Positions 58,138 through 64,000 of a stretch of DNA of 64,000 nucleotides are shown in pieces. The notes under the pieces were generated by a model. It was not told where the DNA came from. It saw only the letters and a program-made list of their open reading frames with translations, and searched no databases. The stretch spans positions 3,072,001 through 3,136,000 of the forward strand of contig OY968796.1 of the NCBI GenBank assembly GCA_963695545.1, written 5' to 3'. This DNA comes from Terriglobia bacterium (GTDB lineage Bacteria > Acidobacteriota > Terriglobia > Acidiferrales > UBA7541). The translations under genes were made by a program, and so were the position numbers. Each line of letters starts with the position of its first letter. Positions within the stretch are counted from its first letter, which is position 1.

Positions 58138-59343
58138 TCATGCTCCTTTTTTAAACTTCGCCGCTTCATCCGAGCCCCCCGTCGCATCTCCCGCCGTGTA
58201 AGAATGCGCTCCGGCGCCCGCAAGTTTTCCGCCGTCCACGATCAGGTATTCGGTGTGAATCGGTCGTTTCTCAAACCAGCATTCCAGAATCTCGCGCGTG
58301 CCCGCCGCGTAACGCGCCTGCGCAGAGAGGCTCGTTCCGGAAATGTGCGGCGTCATGCCGTGATGCGGCATCGTGCGCCAGGGATGGTCCTTCGGCGCCG
58401 GCTGCGGAAACCACACGTCCCCCGCGTAACCCGCAAGCTGTCCGCTTTCGAGCGCCCTGGCCACCGCGTCGCGGTTGCAGATTTTTCCCCGCGCCGTGTT
58501 CACCAGATACGCTCCGCGTTTCATTTTCGCGATCAGTTGCTCGTTGAACAGATTCTCCGTCTCGGGATGCAGCGGACAATTGATGGTCACCACGTCGCAC
58601 ACTTTCACCAGCGCTTCCACGTTCGGGTGAAAAGTTAAGCCGAGTTCCTTTTCAATTTCCGGCGCCAAGCGGTACCGGTCCGTGTAATGCAACTTCACGT
58701 CGAACGGTTTTAGACGCCGCAAAACCGCCGTGCCGATTCGCCCCGCGGCCACCGTGCCCACATTCATGCCTTCCAAATCGTAGGAGCGCTCCACGCAGTC
58801 CGCGATATTCCACCCTCCGCGGATCACCCAGCCGTAAGACGGAATGTAATTGCGCACCAGCGCCAGAATCATCATCACCACGTGTTCGGAAACGCTGATG
58901 CTGTTGCTGTACGTCACTTCCGTCACCGTGATCCCGTGGTCCATCGCGGCCTGCAGGTCCACGTGGTCGGAGCCGATGCCCGCGGTGATCGCCAATTTCA
59001 ATTTCGGCGCTTTGGCAATTCGCGCCGCCGTCAAATATGCGGGCCAGAACGGCTGCGAGATCACAATGTCCGCGTCGGGCAGTTCTCGCTCAAACACCGA
59101 ATCCGCACCGTCCTTGTCCGAAGTGACCACGAAGGTGTGCCCCAGGCCTTCCAGATATTTCCGCAGGCCCAATCCTCCGGAAACGCTGCCCAAAAGCTCG
59201 CCCGGCTTGAAATCGATATTCTTCGGCGTCGGCAGACTCTGCCCGCCGGGGTAGTGATCCAATTTAGGGATCGCGTCAATCGCGTAAGATTTGGGATAAC
59301 CTGTTACCGGGTCGTCGTATAAAACGCAAACAATCTTCGCCAT
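58138..59343 (-). CDS. fdh: NAD-dependent formate dehydrogenase (metal-independent)
   Basis: 401 aa; MAK..CVLYDDP, SQPFWPAYLT, TAGIGSDHVDL, AAGRIG...YTDR, NTARG, GDVWFPQPAP..HPWR, TPHISG. Confidence 0.96.
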   Translation of the reverse strand: MAKIVCVLYDDPVTGYPKSYAIDAIPKLDHYPGGQSLPTPKNIDFKPGELLGSVSGGLGLRKYLEGLGHTFVVTSDKDGADSVFERELPDADIVISQPFWPAYLTAARIAKAPKLKLAITAGIGSDHVDLQAAMDHGITVTEVTYSNSISVSEHVVMMILALVRNYIPSYGWVIRGGWNIADCVERSYDLEGMNVGTVAAGRIGTAVLRRLKPFDVKLHYTDRYRLAPEIEKELGLTFHPNVEALVKVCDVVTINCPLHPETENLFNEQLIAKMKRGAYLVNTARGKICNRDAVARALESGQLAGYAGDVWFPQPAPKDHPWRTMPHHGMTPHISGTSLSAQARYAAGTREILECWFEKRPIHTEYLIVDGGKLAGAGAHSYTAGDATGGSDEAAKFKKGA

Positions 59344-59528
59344 GTGTGTTGACCCCTGAAATGCCGGCTGCATTTAAACAGGAAGCCCCTGCGAAGTCCA
59401 CAGACAATCGCTGGATGGCCGCCGTCCCGCCGGCGCGCACTGATTCCCAGTTTACTGCTCAAGAACTGGGCACAGCCTCAGGCCGAGCAGCCTGACAGTT
59501 TGGGAGCTATCGAGTGATCGACACTTAG

Positions 59529-59559
59529 AATGGAGCGGGCGATGGGAATCGAACCCACG
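59529..59559. repeat. Distal att-like copy of the tRNA-Gly 3' end (31-bp direct repeat)
   Basis: AATGGAGCGGGCGATGGGAATCGAACCCACG is identical to 60323-60353. Confidence 0.92.
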
Positions 59560-59603
59560 CTGCCCTGAGTTAGGAGGCGTACCGCGTCGCGAGAATCGCT
59601 GAG

Positions 59604-60299
59604 CTACTCAATCTTGTCTCGCTTCTGGAGGTTATGCTTCGCGCAGAGAACTTGAATGTTTGCAGCCAGAAGCGAGGTGCCTCCTTTAGAAAAGGGCACG
59701 ACGTGGTCGAAGTGTAGGTTTTCTTGGCTACCGCAAAGCACGCACTTGCCCTTGTCCCGTTTCCATACTTCCAACTTGACGTCTGTTGGGATTAGTCGGT
59801 TATGCTCAATTTCGCGACATTCCTCTTGGGGTGAACCTGTAGCATCGTCAACAACCTGCAGTTTGAACTTAAAAGTTCGTCGACCGTTCTCGTTTTGCAG
59901 CCGTCCGTCGACCAATTCAAAGAGGCCAGCGTAAGTCCAAATCCCCGTCTTGATCTTGTCGTAGACTCTGACTTTAGCGGCCGACGCCCGGCCCTCTTTG
60001 TACTCGGCGACTGCTTTCCAGAATAGCCCATTCTGCGTGATGCCGCCGGCTGCCGAGTATTCAGGTTGGTCCACCTTTTTGGGATCTGGGCAGTCTCGCG
60101 TTCGCGGCGCATCGTGGCCCTCATAAATCAGCGTCTTTCCTCCGTCCTCAATCCTATCCGTGTAAGGTGCTCCCCGGCGGCGACTCATCAGAATCAGACT
60201 AATTGGCCCATGTATGCAAAAATTCATCCCTCTTTGGAGGCTGACGCGCTCCTCGCCGCACATTTCCATGTAAGAAATGATGTCCCCAGCTTGGAACAT
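59604..60299 (-). CDS. HNH endonuclease with an N-terminal SRA-like domain (putative modification-dependent restriction enzyme)
   Basis: C-terminal RD.GKCVLCG....HFDHVVPFSKGG......IQVLC..HNL.K; N-terminal YTD......LIYEGHD...Q......N...VRVY.K.....W.Y.G.F. Confidence 0.8.
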   Translation of the reverse strand: MFQAGDIISYMEMCGEERVSLQRGMNFCIHGPISLILMSRRRGAPYTDRIEDGGKTLIYEGHDAPRTRDCPDPKKVDQPEYSAAGGITQNGLFWKAVAEYKEGRASAAKVRVYDKIKTGIWTYAGLFELVDGRLQNENGRRTFKFKLQVVDDATGSPQEECREIEHNRLIPTDVKLEVWKRDKGKCVLCGSQENLHFDHVVPFSKGGTSLLAANIQVLCAKHNLQKRDKIE

Positions 60300-60324
60300 T
60301 GGCGTTTGCGTTGAAATAAATCAA

Positions 60325-60398
60325 TGGAGCGGGCGATGGGAATCGAACCCACGTCCGAAGCTTGGGAAGCTTCTATACTGCCATTGTACGACGCCCGC
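60325..60398 (-). tRNA. tRNA-Gly (CCC)
   Basis: GCGGGCG...GAAGC-TT-CCC-AA-GCTTC...GTGGG-TTCGATT-CCCAT-CGCCCGC-T-CCA; 74 nt; CCA encoded. Confidence 0.96.
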
Positions 60399-61269
60399 TC
60401 GATTTCCTGCCCAATCTACCATCGCCCGCACCACCGCCGCAAGATCGTCCAAGTCTGGAGAGTGGCGTGATTTAGGCTGAGAGTATTTTCTTCTTGAACG
60501 GGACAAGCGACGGCGGTACAAATGCATTATGCGTGACATGGGCCAACTCGGCCGCAAGCGTCTGCCGCTCGCGATTCCAACGAACGAGCTTCAGAAAATG
60601 CTGGGCCCCAGCCAGGCATTCTGTTCTCGCGATGCCTCGAATTCAACGTACGTCGAGGCAATGGACCGCTGGCCGTTTTTGTTTTCCCTTCCTCTCACGG
60701 CCACGCACGACGCGCCTGCACAATAGCCGCCGCAAACGTTCCCCCGCCGCGTTTACCCGGCCCCGTAGGGGCGGCACAATCTTTTCGAACGCCGCCGACG
60801 AGCCTACTCCAATGTTGTTTCGAAAACTCTATTCGAATACTATACTCATAAACTACCATTGACACCTATGAACTACTGTGCTACAAGATGGTATGAGCCT
60901 GCAAGAAAACTCCGCCCTTCGCGCCTCCCGCGCATATCCCTCTTCATTTGCCTCCGTCGTCGCGCACAAATTGACGCACTTATTCTCATTTTCTGCATCC
61001 GCAACCGTCTTGTTTTCAGCTCCTTGCAAAAGAGTGCGCAAATCACTCATAACACACGATATCAACTCCCTGTCTTTTCACACTCATCCGCACTCTTTCC
61101 CTGGAAATCACGTGTTTTCATCGACTTACGTTTTTGGTACCGGGGGTATATATAGGCCTCGCCACCGCCACTCAGCGCGTGGCCCAGACCAAGCCCCTGC
61201 CGCGCCGTGTTACAGTGCCGCCTGGCCGGAATGCGCCACGTCGACTGCGCCGGCCAGAGAAGGTGACGC

Positions 61270-62973
61270 ATGGCATTGACGTTCCTGGGAAAAATTGCGT
61301 TCGCGTCGCTCGGCATCGCCCTGATGTCCGCGCCCATCTTCGCCCAGTCCGACCGTGGCCAGGGCCGCTCCATGGTGATCTCGCAATTTGGCATCGTGGC
61401 CGCAGAAAATCCGCTCGCCGCGCAGGCCGGCGTTTCGATTCTCGAGCATGGCGGCAACGCCGTCGACGCCGCCGTCGCGGCCAACGCCGTCATGGGCGTC
61501 GTCGAGCCCATGATGAACGGCATGGGCGGCGATTTATTCGCGATCGTCTACGACGCGAAGTCCGGCAAATACTACGGCCTGAACGCCAGTGGCTGGGCAC
61601 CGGCCGGCCTCACCATCGCGCACTTAAAATCGAAGGGCCTCGTTGAAATGCCCAACGTCGGCATCGACTCGGTCACCATCCCCGGCGCCGTTGACGGCTG
61701 GCAGAAACTTCTCGATCGCTTCGGAAAGAAAAAAATGTCCGACGTTCTCGATCCCGCCATCCGCGTGGCCGATAACGGCTTCGCCGTCACCGAATGGATG
61801 GCGCCCGTCTGGGCGTCGAGTGTGAACCTGCTGCACTCCACCGATTCCGCGTCCCAAACGTATCTGATCGGCGACCGCGCGCCGCGCGTAGGCGAAATCT
61901 TCCGCAATCCCGATCTCGCGCGCTCCTTGCGCGACGTCGCGCAGGGCGGACGCGACGCCTTCTACAAGGGCGCCATCGCGCAGCGCATCGTCGAACTTTC
62001 CAGTCAGCACGGAGGCACGATCACCGCCGCCGATCTTGCGAACTATTCAAGCCAGTGGGCCGATCCGATCTCCACCACCTATCGCGGCTGGACCGTCTAC
62101 GAGATGCCGCCCAACGGGCAGGGAATCGCCGCCCTTGAAATGCTCAACATCATGGAGAAATTCCCCGTGCCGGACTTCGGCCTGAATTCCACGCGCGCCC
62201 TCCACGTCATGATCGAAGCGAAGAAACTGGCTTACGCCGATCTTGTGCGCTACATCGGCGATCCCGCGTCGAGCAATTTGCCCGTCTCCGGCCTGCTCTC
62301 GAAAGATTACGCCGCCGCGCGCGCCGCCCTGATCGATATGAACAAAGCGAATTGCAGCGTCGCCGCCGGAACGCCGCCACCGGGCGGCAGCGATACCACC
62401 TATCTGACCGTCGTGGATCGCGATGGCAACATGGTCTCGCTGATCCAAAGCAACTACCAAGCCTTCGGATCGGGCCTCGTTCCGCAAAGTACGGGATTCG
62501 TTCTGCAGAACCGCGGCGCGTTGTTTTCCTTGGACCCGGCTTCGCCAAACGCGCTAGCCGGACACAAGCGCCCGCTTCACACCATCATTCCCGCGTTTCT
62601 CGAGAACGACAAAACACGAATCGCTTTCGGAATCATGGGCGGATGGAATCAAGCCCAGGCCCACGCGCAATTCGTTTCGCACATCGTCGATTTTCATCAG
62701 AATATTCAGGCCGCCCTCGAAACCGCACGCTTCACCAAGCTGACCTTCGATGGCTGCGACGTGCAGCTCGAAAATCGCATCCCCGGCAACGTGCGCCAGG
62801 AACTCGAGTCCAAAGGCCACGTCCTCCAAATGCACAATGGATATTCCGATGTTTTCGGCGGCGGCCAAGCCGTCATGCGCGATCTCTCCACCGGCGTCAA
62901 TTACGGCGCATCCGATCCACGCAAAGACGGCCAAGCCGTCGCCGAATTGCCGCCCGCGGCGCCCGCGAATTGA
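61270..62973 (+). CDS. ggt: Gamma-glutamyltransferase family protein (exported)
   Basis: GGNAVDAAVAA......VEP...G.GGD.F, TIPGAV.GW, F.NPDLA.SL, PPNGQG, DTTY..VVD..GN.VS (Thr nucleophile), G.SDPRKDG. Confidence 0.92.
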   Translation: MALTFLGKIAFASLGIALMSAPIFAQSDRGQGRSMVISQFGIVAAENPLAAQAGVSILEHGGNAVDAAVAANAVMGVVEPMMNGMGGDLFAIVYDAKSGKYYGLNASGWAPAGLTIAHLKSKGLVEMPNVGIDSVTIPGAVDGWQKLLDRFGKKKMSDVLDPAIRVADNGFAVTEWMAPVWASSVNLLHSTDSASQTYLIGDRAPRVGEIFRNPDLARSLRDVAQGGRDAFYKGAIAQRIVELSSQHGGTITAADLANYSSQWADPISTTYRGWTVYEMPPNGQGIAALEMLNIMEKFPVPDFGLNSTRALHVMIEAKKLAYADLVRYIGDPASSNLPVSGLLSKDYAAARAALIDMNKANCSVAAGTPPPGGSDTTYLTVVDRDGNMVSLIQSNYQAFGSGLVPQSTGFVLQNRGALFSLDPASPNALAGHKRPLHTIIPAFLENDKTRIAFGIMGGWNQAQAHAQFVSHIVDFHQNIQAALETARFTKLTFDGCDVQLENRIPGNVRQELESKGHVLQMHNGYSDVFGGGQAVMRDLSTGVNYGASDPRKDGQAVAELPPAAPAN

Positions 62974-63195
62974 TCGAGATGTGTTCGCGGAGGGAACACT
63001 CCAAAGGAGCGAAGGACGTATGTGGGACGCAATCTCTACAGTCGTCGCGTCCGAGGCCGCTAGACTGAAGCGAACTCGCTTTGTTTCAGCGCCTTCCGAG
63101 TTGCTCGCGAGGCCAATGCCTGCCCGCTCTGGCCTTGCAAGTGCTCCCTACATCCGCGCTGGGCGATGCATTACCGCGCCCCTGCGAGGTGTTCA

Positions 63196-63435
63196 ATGTA
63201 CCAGGCAATTCAAGATAATCCCGTCAGCGAATCCGCAACCGAAACTCGTCTCTGGCTCGCCGTGGTCACCGATGCCGTCGAAGACTGGATGCACGGCCCA
63301 CTGCGCGTCCGCCGCGAAGCCGAAGAATATTTATTTCACGATGAGCGCGACTTCCCCGAATTGTGCGCCCGCGCCGGCCTCGACACCTCACTGCTCCGAG
63401 CCAAACTCCTCCGCGCTCGCGATCGCGCCGCATAA
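63196..63435 (+). CDS. Small hypothetical helical protein
   Basis: GAGGTG RBS; protein-like sequence RLWLAVV.DA.ED...A..YLF...F..LC..AGLD...LR. Confidence 0.6.
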   Translation: MYQAIQDNPVSESATETRLWLAVVTDAVEDWMHGPLRVRREAEEYLFHDERDFPELCARAGLDTSLLRAKLLRARDRAA

Positions 63436-63641
63436 TCATTTTCATCGCGCGCCGATCTCCGCCGCGCGTCGCGCCGCACTCTCGACCTGCGCGCCGCGCC
63501 GTGCAGTTGTTCTCGCCGCGGTCCGGCGAGTGCGTCGGCCAATTGCTTGTTCCCGCTGCTCCGCGCCGCAGCGCGCTTTTCAAACCGCGCGCCCCGTCGC
63601 ACGGCTCGCCGCTGCGTCATTCGGCGCGCAGTCGGCCAAGT

Positions 63642-63670
63642 TTGACGCTCCCTCGCCTTTCCGCTACTAT
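63642..63670 (+). promoter_or_regulatory. Sigma70 promoter of tRNA-fMet
   Basis: TTGACG-N17-TACTAT, ending 5 nt before the tRNA. Confidence 0.75.
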
Positions 63671-63675
63671 CGATT

Positions 63676-64000
<325 letters not shown>

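Larger units (their letters stand above)
59529..60353. mobile_element. Minimal tRNA-Gly-integrated islet with one gene and no integrase
   Basis: 31-bp direct repeats 794 bp apart, one copy inside tRNA-Gly; interior is visibly more AT-rich than the flanking core genes. Confidence 0.75.

Noticed and set aside
59531..59559. Second tRNA-Gly gene
   Set aside because: Only the T-arm and acceptor 3' strand are present, with no D-arm or anticodon arm; treated as an att repeat.
60494..60862. ORFs of 65-122 aa upstream of tRNA-Gly, and a CCCCGTAGGGG hairpin resembling a REP or NAD+-riboswitch fragment
   Set aside because: No protein motifs, the surrounding consensus is missing, and there is no appropriate downstream gene.

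Overview
GC-rich bacterial chromosomal window. Gene content (paired Acidobacteria-type VWA genes, TonB-C proteins, SYLF, YtxH, Ig/beta-repeat lipoprotein) suggests Acidobacteriota; this is an inference. It is mostly core genome: ispA/xseB, iscS-mnmA, uvrC, uvrA, deoB, kdsB-pyrG-kdsA-kdsD-kdsC, NAD-dependent fdh, ggt, tRNA-Gly(CCC) and tRNA-fMet. The parts most worth follow-up are: (1) a 13.5-kb, translationally coupled four-gene envelope operon (membrane-anchored beta-propeller, secreted VIT-vWA-Ig protein, 2471-aa TPR protein, unknown exported protein); (2) a folate/C1 module (MetF fused to a MetV-like 8-Cys domain, stand-alone AcsE-like pterin-binding methyltransferase, amidohydrolase) converging on fdh, whose leader has a possible kissing-loop RNA; (3) a 794-bp integrase-less islet at tRNA-Gly, bounded by a 31-bp direct repeat and carrying one SRA-like/HNH nuclease gene; (4) at the right edge, an ORF resembling a large serine recombinase C-terminus that reads antisense through the tRNA-fMet terminator and 3' half. 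No CRISPR array or rRNA was seen. All protein calls come from motif recognition by eye, not database searches.
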